This document shows positions 25,781 through 35,228 of a stretch of 64,000 nucleotides of DNA, in pieces. The notes under the pieces are model-generated. The model was not told the origin of the DNA. It ran no database searches and saw only the letters and a list, made by a program, of their open reading frames with translations. The stretch's first letter is position 1. The number at the start of each line of letters is the position of its first letter. The stretch is taken from positions 717-64,716 of the forward strand of contig JAWBWS010000004.1 in the NCBI GenBank assembly GCA_038999725.1. Direction: 5' to 3'. The position numbers and the translations under genes are program-made. This stretch comes from Candidatus Aenigmatarchaeota archaeon (GTDB lineage Archaea; Aenigmatarchaeota; Aenigmatarchaeia; CG10238-14; SCSR01).

Positions 25781-26818
25781 ATGCCGATAAAAGTTGTTGT
25801 CAATGGTGTTGGCACAATTGGAAAAAGAGTTGCCCAAGCAATTAAGCTTCAGGATGATATGAAGCTTGTTGGCATATCAGATGTTGCACCCACAAGCTGG
25901 CTGAGAACTGTACTTGAACCAAAAGGCCCTTTGTACAAAACTGACCTCTACGCTTCCAATCAAGATGGAATGAAGGCTTTGACTGAAGGTGGAATGTATG
26001 TCAAAGGTTTTCTCGAAGACTTGCTAGCCTCTGGTGAAGTTGATGTTGTATGTGATTGCACACCTGCAAAGATTGGAGAGAAGAACAAACCCTTGTACCA
26101 AAAATACAAGGTGAAAATGGTCTTCCAAGGTGGGGAAAAACCTGAGGTTGCTGATTTAAGTTTTGTGGCAATAGCAAATTACGAGAAGGCTTTGAACAAA
26201 GATTCTGTTAGGGTTGTAAGTTGCAACACAACCTCACTTGTAAGGACAATCTTCACCATAGATCAAAAATTTGGAGTAGAAGAGGTTTTTGCTGCTTTGG
26301 TGAGAAGGGCAACAGACCCTTGGGATGAAAGGTCTGGCCCAATAAATGCAATTGTTCCCGAGACTCACGTTCCCTCCCATCAAGGTCCTGATTTACAAAC
26401 AGTGTTGCCTCATATAAACATAAAAACTATGGCAGTGAAAGTTCCTTCAACTTTGGCTCATTTACACATGGTCATAGGCAAAATCAAGAAGCAAGCAAGC
26501 AAGGAAGAGTTCAAAAAAGCTTTTGAAGAGGGTTCAAGGATGATATTGCTCAAGGCTTCTCACGGCTATACTGCAACTTCTGAAATAATAGAGAGATATA
26601 GAGATCTTTGCAGGCCAAGGTATGACATGTATGAAGTTGCGATTTGGGACGAATCTGTAACAGTAGAAAAAAATAGATTCTACTGGATGCACGCCGTACA
26701 TTCAGAAGCCATAGTTATCCCTGAAACTATAGATGCGATAAGAGCAATAACAGGAATTGAAACCGATAAGTTTAAGTCGATAGAAAAAACAAACAAGAGC
26801 TTGGGAATTGAGAAGTGA
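25781..26818 (+). CDS. gap: Glyceraldehyde-3-phosphate dehydrogenase (archaeal type)
   Basis: VVNGVGTIGKRVAQAI N-terminus, catalytic region VSCNTTSL, ~345 aa. Confidence 0.9.
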   Translation: MPIKVVVNGVGTIGKRVAQAIKLQDDMKLVGISDVAPTSWLRTVLEPKGPLYKTDLYASNQDGMKALTEGGMYVKGFLEDLLASGEVDVVCDCTPAKIGEKNKPLYQKYKVKMVFQGGEKPEVADLSFVAIANYEKALNKDSVRVVSCNTTSLVRTIFTIDQKFGVEEVFAALVRRATDPWDERSGPINAIVPETHVPSHQGPDLQTVLPHINIKTMAVKVPSTLAHLHMVIGKIKKQASKEEFKKAFEEGSRMILLKASHGYTATSEIIERYRDLCRPRYDMYEVAIWDESVTVEKNRFYWMHAVHSEAIVIPETIDAIRAITGIETDKFKSIEKTNKSLGIEK

Positions 26819-28058
26819 ACTCATGAAAGAATATTTTACCTTAGAAGATTTTGAGTTAGAGGGAAAAACTGTTCTGTTGAGAGCAGATTTGAATGCACCT
26901 TACAACAAAAAAGAGAAAAGAATAGAAGATTGTGATAGGATAAGGGAGCATGCAAAGACCATAAAATTTTTAATTGAGAAAGGAGCAAAAGTTGTTGTTA
27001 TTGCTCACCAAGGAAGGAAAGGGGAGGAGGATTTCACAAGCTTAGAGCAACATGCGAAACTTTTGAGCAAACATTTGGGAAGAGAAGTAAAATTTGTTAA
27101 TGATGTTATTGGAGAAAAAGCTTTAAATGAAATAAAGAATTTAAAAGAGGGTGAAGTCCTGCTTCTGGAGAATGTAAGGTTTTTGGAAGAGGAAACTCAA
27201 GAGAAAAGTCCTGAGGAACATTCTAAGAGCAAGCTTGTACAAACTTTAGCTCCACTTGCTGATCTTTTCGTTCAAGATGCTTTTTCTGCATCTCACAGGT
27301 CTCATGCTTCTATTGTTGGTTTTGCACCCCTTTTGCCAACAGTTGCTGGTAAAATCATGGAAAAAGAAATAAGCTCAGTGGAAAAGGTTTTGCAGCCTGA
27401 AGCAAATGTTTTCATCCTAGGGGGAGCAAAACCTGATGATTGCTTGAATATAATGGAGCACTTTCTTGAGAAAAAGCTGGAATGTGTGGAAAAAGTTTTG
27501 ACTTGTGGCACTGTTGGTGAAGTCTTCTTGATGGCAAGGGGCTACAAGTTAGGTAAAGCTACAGAAAAATTTTTTGAAGAAAAAGGATTTTTAGACTTAA
27601 TACCTCAGGCAAAAAGGCTTTTGGATGAACATCAAGAAAAAATAGAAATTCCGAAAGATGTTGCTGTGGAAGAGGGAGGGAGAAGAAAAGAGGTTGATAT
27701 AGAAGAACTACCTTCAAGTTCAATGATTCTTGACATAGGAAGGAAAACCATTGAAAATTACGTTAAAATCATAAATAGGGCTAAAACAATAGTTGTGAAA
27801 GGTCCAGCAGGAGTTTATGAAAAAGAGGGGTTTGAAGTTGGAACCAGGGAAATTCTTGAAGCTATAGCCAATTCAAAAGCTTTCAGTTTGATTGGTGGTG
27901 GAGATACCGGGCTAGCAATAGAAAAGCTTGGTATAGGGGGAGAAAAATTCTCTTACATAAGCTTGGGTGGCGGAGCCTTGATAACCTACCTTTCAGGAAA
28001 GCCTATGCCTGGAATAGAAGCCTTGAAACTATCTTACCAGAAATTTAAGGAAAAATAA
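26808..28058 (+). CDS. pgk: Phosphoglycerate kinase
   Basis: GKTVLLRADLNAP, VIAHQGR, and C-terminal GGGDTG...SLGGGA motifs. Confidence 0.9.
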   Translation: MRSELMKEYFTLEDFELEGKTVLLRADLNAPYNKKEKRIEDCDRIREHAKTIKFLIEKGAKVVVIAHQGRKGEEDFTSLEQHAKLLSKHLGREVKFVNDVIGEKALNEIKNLKEGEVLLLENVRFLEEETQEKSPEEHSKSKLVQTLAPLADLFVQDAFSASHRSHASIVGFAPLLPTVAGKIMEKEISSVEKVLQPEANVFILGGAKPDDCLNIMEHFLEKKLECVEKVLTCGTVGEVFLMARGYKLGKATEKFFEEKGFLDLIPQAKRLLDEHQEKIEIPKDVAVEEGGRRKEVDIEELPSSSMILDIGRKTIENYVKIINRAKTIVVKGPAGVYEKEGFEVGTREILEAIANSKAFSLIGGGDTGLAIEKLGIGGEKFSYISLGGGALITYLSGKPMPGIEALKLSYQKFKEK

Positions 28059-28083
28059 AAAGGAAGAACTTCAAATAATTATT

Positions 28084-29028
28084 ATGTTTGATGTCGTTTG
28101 TATTGGCCATGTTCTTTATGATACAAGGTCTTTTGTTGAAGAATTCCCGAAGCCTGACAAAATGACATTCGTCAAGGGCACAATCACCCATAGCATAGGC
28201 GGTTCTGCCACAAATGTTGCTTGTAATCTTTCCAAGCTTGGGATGAAAACTGCCCTGATTGGGAAAATAGGATATGATGATCATGGCCAATACTTGCTCA
28301 GTCAATTGAAATTCTATGGCGTTGAATCAAAATACATTAAAATAACAACTGAAAAACCTACAGGAGTTTCGATGATAGTTATAGATAAAAGTGGAGAGCC
28401 TCTCTTATTTGAGATGGTTGGTGCAAATGAACCCCTACACAAAAGTGATATATCAAAGGAGGCTATAGAAAATTCTTCTCATGTACACATGAGTGGTACA
28501 ACCCTGGAAGCTTTGGCTCACGCTGCTAAACTTGCAAAAAAATTGAATAAAACTGTTTCTTTTGACCCAGGGAGAAGCAAATCTCAAGAAGGATTCAAGA
28601 AGCTTTACAAGATTTTAAAAAATGTAGACATTTTGATAACAACCAAAGTTGAAGCAATAAGGATTGTTGGCAACCCAAGTTACGACTTTCAAAAAGCCGT
28701 AGAATTTTTGAGGGAGAAAATGAAAGGAAAGATGATTATAGTTAAGAGTGGGAAGGATAAGACCCTTGTCTATTTAGATAAGAAGGCTTTTTCAGTTTCT
28801 ACCATTCCAGTAAAAGTTGTGGACACCATAGGAGCTGGTGATGCTTTTACTGCTGGCTTCTTGCATAAGTTTTTGCAAAAAGAAAAAATTGAAGAGTGTG
28901 TAAAGTTTGCAAATGCTTGTGGTGCTTTGAAAGTTACAAAAGAGGGGGCTGTTGGCTTGCCTTTCAAGGATGAAGTTTATGCTTTTTATAAAAAGGTTGA
29001 GAAAAAAATTGAAGTAGAGGGAATTTGA
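28084..29028 (+). CDS. PfkB-family carbohydrate kinase (candidate sugar-phosphate/6-phosphofructo- or tagatose-6-P kinase)
   Basis: Ribokinase-like fold with an N-terminal GG (IGGSATNVA) and a C-terminal anion hole DTIGAGDAFTAGF. Confidence 0.8.
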   Translation: MFDVVCIGHVLYDTRSFVEEFPKPDKMTFVKGTITHSIGGSATNVACNLSKLGMKTALIGKIGYDDHGQYLLSQLKFYGVESKYIKITTEKPTGVSMIVIDKSGEPLLFEMVGANEPLHKSDISKEAIENSSHVHMSGTTLEALAHAAKLAKKLNKTVSFDPGRSKSQEGFKKLYKILKNVDILITTKVEAIRIVGNPSYDFQKAVEFLREKMKGKMIIVKSGKDKTLVYLDKKAFSVSTIPVKVVDTIGAGDAFTAGFLHKFLQKEKIEECVKFANACGALKVTKEGAVGLPFKDEVYAFYKKVEKKIEVEGI

Positions 29029-29871
29029 TTGAGTTTGGAGAAAATTTCTTCCAAAGGTTTTTTCCACATCGTCGCTTTAGATCACAGACAATCTCTCAAA
29101 AAAATGATAAACCCAAGAAATCCTGAGTCTGTATCAAGAAAAATTTTGGAACAAGTGAAGCTTAAACTCTCTAAAGCTTTTTCTCCCCAAGCTTCTGGAA
29201 TTTTGCTAGACCCTATATACGGGATGACAGCTATTAAAGCGATAAGAGATAAGTGTGGCTTGATAGTCTCTCTTGAAGAGTCTGGCTACAAAGAAACTAG
29301 GGAAGGAAGAACAACATCTTTAATCAAAAATTTTGGGCCAGAAAAAGTTAAGAGGATTGGTGGGGATGCCGCCAAGCTTTTGATATATTTCAACCCAAAG
29401 GCAAAAAAAGCCAAACAGCAAAAAAAGCTTGTAGAATATGTTGCTACAAGATGTAAAGAAATAGAATTACCATTTGTTTGTGAGTTTCTCATTTACCCAT
29501 ACAAGGAAAGGGACTTTGAAAGGGAGAGGAGCAAACTGATAATTCAATCTGTAAAAGAGATTTCAAGGCTTGGCATAGATTTACTTAAAACAGAATTTCC
29601 GGGCAAGCTTGATGAAAAAGCAGAAGTTAACTGTAAAAAACTTGCAAAAGCTAGCAAAGTCCCTTGGGTCTTGTTGAGCAAAGGAATAAGCTTTGAAGAA
29701 TTCAAGGAACAATTGAAATTTTCCATGAAATTTGGATGCTCAGGTTTTGCTGTTGGTAGAGCATTGTGGCAAGAGTATTTTCAAGTAAAAAATAAAGAAG
29801 AATTTTTGAGAGAAGTTTGTTTGAAGAGATTGAAAGAATTGAAAGAAATAGTAAGCGAAAAATTCATTTGA
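29029..29871 (+). CDS. Class I aldolase of the LacD/DeoC-like family (tagatose/fructose-bisphosphate aldolase-like)
   Basis: GFFHIVALDHRQSLKKMI resembles the LacD AIDQRGSLRKML substrate-binding N-terminus. TIM-barrel length; alternative TTG start. Confidence 0.55.
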   Translation: MSLEKISSKGFFHIVALDHRQSLKKMINPRNPESVSRKILEQVKLKLSKAFSPQASGILLDPIYGMTAIKAIRDKCGLIVSLEESGYKETREGRTTSLIKNFGPEKVKRIGGDAAKLLIYFNPKAKKAKQQKKLVEYVATRCKEIELPFVCEFLIYPYKERDFERERSKLIIQSVKEISRLGIDLLKTEFPGKLDEKAEVNCKKLAKASKVPWVLLSKGISFEEFKEQLKFSMKFGCSGFAVGRALWQEYFQVKNKEEFLREVCLKRLKELKEIVSEKFI

Positions 29872-31111
29872 TTTTATCTTGAGAAAACAGGGAAGTGAAT
29901 ATCTTAGTCTTCAAATCGGCCACAATTCTCATGAAATTTGCAAAACTTTCCTCTGGGCTTGAGAAGCAGCTGAAATATTTGTGGACATCACCATCAGCCC
30001 ACATCTTGTTACACATGTAGTAATAATGATCGCTTGTTAGCAAGTACTTCCAAACCTTTTTCATCTCCCCATCGTTTACTTCCCTCAAAAGCTTTCCCAA
30101 ATTCTTTACTTCTTCAAAACAAGTTTGTTGCATCTTATTGCCTAGCCAAGCAGAAACATCCCTCTCCATGTCGGCCCAGGAGACTGTTGAAAACTCAAAA
30201 ACATCTATTTCACCTATGGGCTTAATTTTTTCCACAATTTCACTTGGTGTTGCAAACTCCAAATTCTCATATTTCAAAACTTCATAGGGCAAAGCTTTCA
30301 AGAACCAGAAAATTCCAGATTCTGCCCATTGATGCTCACCGAAAGTTTCAAAATCCATGAAAATATTTATGCATTCACCCGGAGTTGCATTAAGCCAGGC
30401 TGCAAATTTATCAGCGGTTAAAGGCCACTGGTCCCAATTCATTGCTGAAAATCTATAACCAATGTCGTCGCTAAGCCTATAATTCCTTAAGAGAATTCTT
30501 ATCCTTTTATCCCAATCTCTATCATCCGGAAAGCAAAACTTCCTCACATAAATGTAATTTGGTGATCTCCATCCAAGAATTCTTTCAGCACCTTCTGTGA
30601 AAATTGCCTTGAATCCCAAATCTTCAACTATTCTACCAATAACATTGTTATATATCATTTCAGTATTCACGAAGACCCTCGGCTTAACACCGAATAAATC
30701 TTTCATTGTTTGGGAGTGAAGATTTACCTCTTCCACAAATTCTTCTTTTGTATCAAAAAGGCTTGACAAAGAATGATGATAAGTTTCACCAATTATTTCA
30801 ACCTTCTTTGTTTTCACAAGTTGTTTGAAATTCTCGAGAACATCTTTGCCATATTTTTCACAAAGTTCGAGAAAAACCCCACTGATTGCAAAATTCACCT
30901 TGAACTGCTTCTTTTCATGCTTAAACTTATCTATCAGCTCAAGCAAGATGTTTGTTGTTGGTAGATAGCACCTATCTCTGACTTTTTCAAAGATCATTTT
31001 ATTCAAGCCTGAATTGAAATAGCTATTCATATCTTTAGAAATTCCATCTGTTTGAAAATTGGCCAATCTTATGGGCTGATGTACTTGGAAGCTTAAGGTA
31101 ATCAGAACCAT
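29864..31111 (-). CDS. Glycoside hydrolase family 57 protein (alpha-glucan acting)
   Basis: N-terminal LSFQVHQPIR (HQP signature of GH57); ~415 aa. Confidence 0.7.
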   Translation of the reverse strand: MVLITLSFQVHQPIRLANFQTDGISKDMNSYFNSGLNKMIFEKVRDRCYLPTTNILLELIDKFKHEKKQFKVNFAISGVFLELCEKYGKDVLENFKQLVKTKKVEIIGETYHHSLSSLFDTKEEFVEEVNLHSQTMKDLFGVKPRVFVNTEMIYNNVIGRIVEDLGFKAIFTEGAERILGWRSPNYIYVRKFCFPDDRDWDKRIRILLRNYRLSDDIGYRFSAMNWDQWPLTADKFAAWLNATPGECINIFMDFETFGEHQWAESGIFWFLKALPYEVLKYENLEFATPSEIVEKIKPIGEIDVFEFSTVSWADMERDVSAWLGNKMQQTCFEEVKNLGKLLREVNDGEMKKVWKYLLTSDHYYYMCNKMWADGDVHKYFSCFSSPEESFANFMRIVADLKTKIFTSLFSQDKIK

Positions 31112-31159
31112 AGTTATAATTATTTCTTATACCCCTTATAAATTTAACATTAGGGCAAC

Positions 31160-33130
31160 ATGAAAATTGAGGAAGTTAAGAACAAATGCTATTTGCTTTC
31201 CGGCAAAAAGGCTTTCTTCCACAGGTTTTGTGACTCAGGCTTTAAAACAAAATGGACAGGTTTTTGGTCTGAGTCAAGGAAATTTTTTGATTATTTTGCC
31301 TTTAGGGTGAATGAAAGTTGGTTGTCTCCAGAGAATTGTGTCGAGGTTGTTTTTGATGACTCAAGTTTCACACACATCTATTCTCTAGATGGAATAAAAG
31401 TAGTGGAAAAGCTATTTGTGCCGGAAGAAAGGAGGGCATTAGTTTGCAATCTGAGGATTGAAAGCAAAGAAATAAGGAGACTGAAAGTTTTCATGGAAGT
31501 TGGTGTAAACATAAGAGATAGGGAAGAAAATTGGCATGATAGAAAATATGTCGTGAAGAGGGAAGCTAACATGCTTATGGTGAATTCAGAGAAAGGTTGC
31601 CTTGCCATTGGATTTTCCAAACCTTTCGAAATTTCAGGAAAAGAAATTTACAAAGATCATTTCCCAGGTGAACTTGAAAGATGTTTCATTCCAGGTGCAA
31701 TTTCATTTGAAATTGAATGTGGAGATTCAAAAGAAGAGATCTCGATAATTTTTTCTTCTGGGAAAAACGAGACTGAAGCTATGGTTAATTTAGTTTCAAC
31801 TAAAAATTCTTTAGGCGAGGTTGAAATAGAAGAGTCAAAACCTTTCTTGGCTCTGGAATTTAAAACTGGTATTAAAGAACTAGACGATCTTTTCAGAAAG
31901 AGTGTTATTGGTTTAGAAAAACTTAAGGTGGAAGCCGAAGCCGGTTTTGGCTACATCGCAGGCTATCCCTGGTTCACACAATTTTGGGGGAGAGATTTGG
32001 GTTGGATGATCCCAGCTATTGTGGATTATGGGAATTTTGAAGATGCTAAAAAAGCTTTGATGACTTTGATGAAATTTCAGTCAAGGGAGGGGGAAATCCC
32101 AAACTTCATTTATTTGGATGGAAAACCTATTTATGGTTCAATAGATGCTACCCCACTTTGGATTATTGCCCTAAATCACTACATCCAAAACTCTGGAGAT
32201 TTGGAATTTTTGAAAGAAAGTAAGAAAAACATCATTAGAGCTTTTGGTTGGTGCATTAGCAAGAGTGATGACAAGCTAATGGAAGCTGAAAAAAGAGCAA
32301 CATGGATGGATAGTTTGGATAGAGATGGTAAACCGATTGAAGTTCAAGCAATTTGGTACGAATGTTTGCTTTCTCTCAAAAAACTTTCTGAGATTTTGGG
32401 AGAAAATTTGGTAGATTTTTCTTATGTGAAAGAGGTGGAGAGAAAAATAGAAGAAGATTTTTGGAATCCCTCCTCAAATTTTTACTTTGATAGGATTAAG
32501 TGGAAGTTTAAAGATGAAAAGAAAACCATAAACTCAATTTTCCCCCTTCTTTTTAAAATTTCAAAAAATCCGGTAGAAATTTTAAGAAGAATCGAGAGTG
32601 AAGAATTCACCTCGCCTTTTGGTGTGAGGAGCGTCTCGAAGAATGATCCAACATTCAATCCAATTGGTTATCATACCGGAAGCGTTTGGAGTTGGATAAC
32701 GGGTTTAGTGGCTTGTGTGGAATTTGGAGAAGATAGGGCAGAAAAAGGTCTTGAATACTTGAAGATATTATGGAAAATGTTTGACAGGAACTGTCTGGGA
32801 TCTTTAGATGAAGCTTGGAATTCGGAAAATGGTGATGCTGTGTTGCTGAAAGAAATTGGGTATGAACCTTCAGGCTTCTTCCAAGGTTGGGGGTTTGCCT
32901 CTGTGGTAAGGTGTTTAGATGAATTTATGCTTGGTCTTAAAGTTGATGCTCTCAACAAAACAATATTTGCTTCTCCTTCTCTAATAGATGGGATGAAAGT
33001 TTTGAGGGAAAAAAGGATTGGAAATGATATCGTCAAGATTTCAATGGAAAGAATAGGAGATGAATTAAAAGTGGTTCTTAAAAGTGGGAGAAAAAAAGGA
33101 TACAGGCTCATTAAAGTACCAAAGGCTTAA
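31160..33130 (+). CDS. Glycogen debranching enzyme (amylo-alpha-1,6-glucosidase, GDE C-terminal domain family)
   Basis: GYPWFTQFWGRDLGW motif plus an (alpha/alpha)6-barrel-like C-terminal half. Confidence 0.75.
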   Translation: MKIEEVKNKCYLLSGKKAFFHRFCDSGFKTKWTGFWSESRKFFDYFAFRVNESWLSPENCVEVVFDDSSFTHIYSLDGIKVVEKLFVPEERRALVCNLRIESKEIRRLKVFMEVGVNIRDREENWHDRKYVVKREANMLMVNSEKGCLAIGFSKPFEISGKEIYKDHFPGELERCFIPGAISFEIECGDSKEEISIIFSSGKNETEAMVNLVSTKNSLGEVEIEESKPFLALEFKTGIKELDDLFRKSVIGLEKLKVEAEAGFGYIAGYPWFTQFWGRDLGWMIPAIVDYGNFEDAKKALMTLMKFQSREGEIPNFIYLDGKPIYGSIDATPLWIIALNHYIQNSGDLEFLKESKKNIIRAFGWCISKSDDKLMEAEKRATWMDSLDRDGKPIEVQAIWYECLLSLKKLSEILGENLVDFSYVKEVERKIEEDFWNPSSNFYFDRIKWKFKDEKKTINSIFPLLFKISKNPVEILRRIESEEFTSPFGVRSVSKNDPTFNPIGYHTGSVWSWITGLVACVEFGEDRAEKGLEYLKILWKMFDRNCLGSLDEAWNSENGDAVLLKEIGYEPSGFFQGWGFASVVRCLDEFMLGLKVDALNKTIFASPSLIDGMKVLREKRIGNDIVKISMERIGDELKVVLKSGRKKGYRLIKVPKA

Positions 33131-33885
33131 TCAAACTCGTGGAAAATTTCGTCAAAAACTTCAGACTCTTTCCACGAGCTCAATATTTCTTTCAATTTTT
33201 CAGGTTCTTTTTTAGCAAGTTTTAAAACATCAAACTTTTTGATGTTTTTTATGAAAACAAGACCCACCTCTGGATATTTCTTGTTTTCTCTAAATTCTAG
33301 ATTTTTATTTTTATCGTAAAAAATGTGGAAGGGAAACCCTTTATTCTTCACCACGCTATAATCATGGCCAGCTATTTCATGAACAAAATTCAAGACCACA
33401 CAATCTTTTTTTCCTGAAATGAGCCTGTGTATGAAAAATGGGGGAATGAAAAAAGAATAACCTTCCTTAATTTCAATTAAGTAGCTGTTGAAGGTTTTTC
33501 TGTGGGAAAGAAGAAGATAGCAACCATTCTTCAGAGCCACATAAACTTCACCTAAATTCTCTTTATGGATATGACCATAAGTACAGAAGGCTTCACCTTC
33601 CTTTTTTAAAGAAAAAATTCCTTGCCTAAGTAGAGTTATGTCAACCATGACTCCAAAATTTTCGAGAAAATCTCTTGCAACATCTTGAAATTTCCATAAA
33701 TTGTAAACTTCATAAATTGTTAAATCTCCTTTTCTTTCCAAAAGTTCTTTTGCACTTTCCAAATCAAGTATAACCCTATCTTTCAAAAGTTCGGAAAGGT
33801 ATCTTTTCCGACACTCAACTTTCTTCCCGAAGTTCAAGCTCAATTTTTTTCCTTGTTTTTTTATTGAAAATCCAAAATCCATCAA
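33127..33885 (-). CDS. pgiA: Cupin-type glucose-6-phosphate isomerase (cPGI)
   Basis: Metal-binding cupin motif TYGHIHKENLGEVYVALKNG (TxGHxHxxxxxxExY), as in Thermococcales cPGI. It carries an N-terminal ~60-aa extension. Confidence 0.65.
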   Translation of the reverse strand: MMDFGFSIKKQGKKLSLNFGKKVECRKRYLSELLKDRVILDLESAKELLERKGDLTIYEVYNLWKFQDVARDFLENFGVMVDITLLRQGIFSLKKEGEAFCTYGHIHKENLGEVYVALKNGCYLLLSHRKTFNSYLIEIKEGYSFFIPPFFIHRLISGKKDCVVLNFVHEIAGHDYSVVKNKGFPFHIFYDKNKNLEFRENKKYPEVGLVFIKNIKKFDVLKLAKKEPEKLKEILSSWKESEVFDEIFHEFD

Positions 33886-33913
33886 AATAAATTTACCTTC
33901 TCAAATTAAAATT

Positions 33914-35146
33914 ATGGATGTTTGCTATATTCCTTGGCTTCATATGCATCAACCCCTCGTTTGGTTGAACAGCAAGATAGTCTCAAATTTGGAAAAAATG
34001 CTGAATTCAAAAAATGATAGGGAAAGTTGGGATGGTAAGTTGATTTTGAGAGCTTACAAGAATCCCGCCAAGTATGTGACAATGCTTGCCGAGGAAGGTT
34101 TTAAACCTAAAATAATGCTAGATTTTTCAGGAGTTCTTTTAGAGTCTCTTTTGGATTTGGATGAGAGGAAAATTTCTTCAGAAATTGAGGTTCATGGAGA
34201 GAAAATAGGCCCAATTTTAACCGCTTACAAAAAAGTTTTGAGGAAATTTCCAGAAAGCTTGGAATTTGTGGGCACAGCTTATTCCCACTGCTACTTCCCA
34301 GCAACTCCGGAAGAAGATTGGAAATTGCAAATAGAGAAATGGAGAGAAATTTTCAAAAAAATTTTCGGTTCAAGTGAATTGAAAAGGGTCGAAGGGTTTT
34401 GGCTCCCTGAGATGGGTGTACCAGGAAGAGAAGAAGTTTTAAGCAAGCTGATAAAATGTATGAGAGAATATTACGAGTGGATGATATTGCCTGTGCAGAG
34501 CATTCAAGGATATGAGAACTTGAGTTATGAAAAAATTGTGGAAATTTTTTGCAAACCTCATTTGTTGCAAGCTGGGAATGAGGAGATTGTAGTAGTATTT
34601 AGGGTACCTACTTACTTCATCGACCAACAAGCCGGATGTTCGCCAGATTTTTTGTACTCAAAGTGTTTAGAAGCTGAAAGGATATTTTCTAGGCTTAGCG
34701 GTAAGCCCGCATTACTTATTACTGCAAGTGATGGTGAGAATGGAAATGTGATGATGAATGAATTTTTCCCCCAAACCTTTGTTCCATTTTTTAGAGAGAA
34801 AATTGGAAAAAATGTTTTTTCCCTAACTGTGAGTGAATTTTTGGAAAAATTTTATGAAGAGGGAATAAAGGAGAAGATAAAGCTAAAAGATGTAGGTGCT
34901 TCGTGGGTAAATGGCCATGAAGCATGGATTGGAGGTGGGAGAAGAATTGAAGCGATTAAAAGAATATTTCAATTAAGCAAAAAATTTCATGAACTTAAAC
35001 CAGAACAAAAATCAAAGGTGGAAAAGTTGCTTTTGATTGCAGAGACAAGTTGCTATGTCTATTGGGGGATTGATTATTGGTTTGAACAAGGAAGAAAGTT
35101 TGCCTCTTATGCTGAAAGCATGATTAAAAGGTTAAAACCTGTCTAA
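33914..35146 (+). CDS. GH57-like alpha-glucan enzyme (second paralog)
   Basis: IPWLHMHQPLVW N-terminal HQP signature; ~410 aa. Confidence 0.6.
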   Translation: MDVCYIPWLHMHQPLVWLNSKIVSNLEKMLNSKNDRESWDGKLILRAYKNPAKYVTMLAEEGFKPKIMLDFSGVLLESLLDLDERKISSEIEVHGEKIGPILTAYKKVLRKFPESLEFVGTAYSHCYFPATPEEDWKLQIEKWREIFKKIFGSSELKRVEGFWLPEMGVPGREEVLSKLIKCMREYYEWMILPVQSIQGYENLSYEKIVEIFCKPHLLQAGNEEIVVVFRVPTYFIDQQAGCSPDFLYSKCLEAERIFSRLSGKPALLITASDGENGNVMMNEFFPQTFVPFFREKIGKNVFSLTVSEFLEKFYEEGIKEKIKLKDVGASWVNGHEAWIGGGRRIEAIKRIFQLSKKFHELKPEQKSKVEKLLLIAETSCYVYWGIDYWFEQGRKFASYAESMIKRLKPV

Positions 35147-35228
35147 ATTTATGTAGAAAAATTTTTTCTAAAGAATGATAAATTTATAAACAAGCGCCAC
35201 AAACAATTTAATAAGTGTTGGTGTAGTT

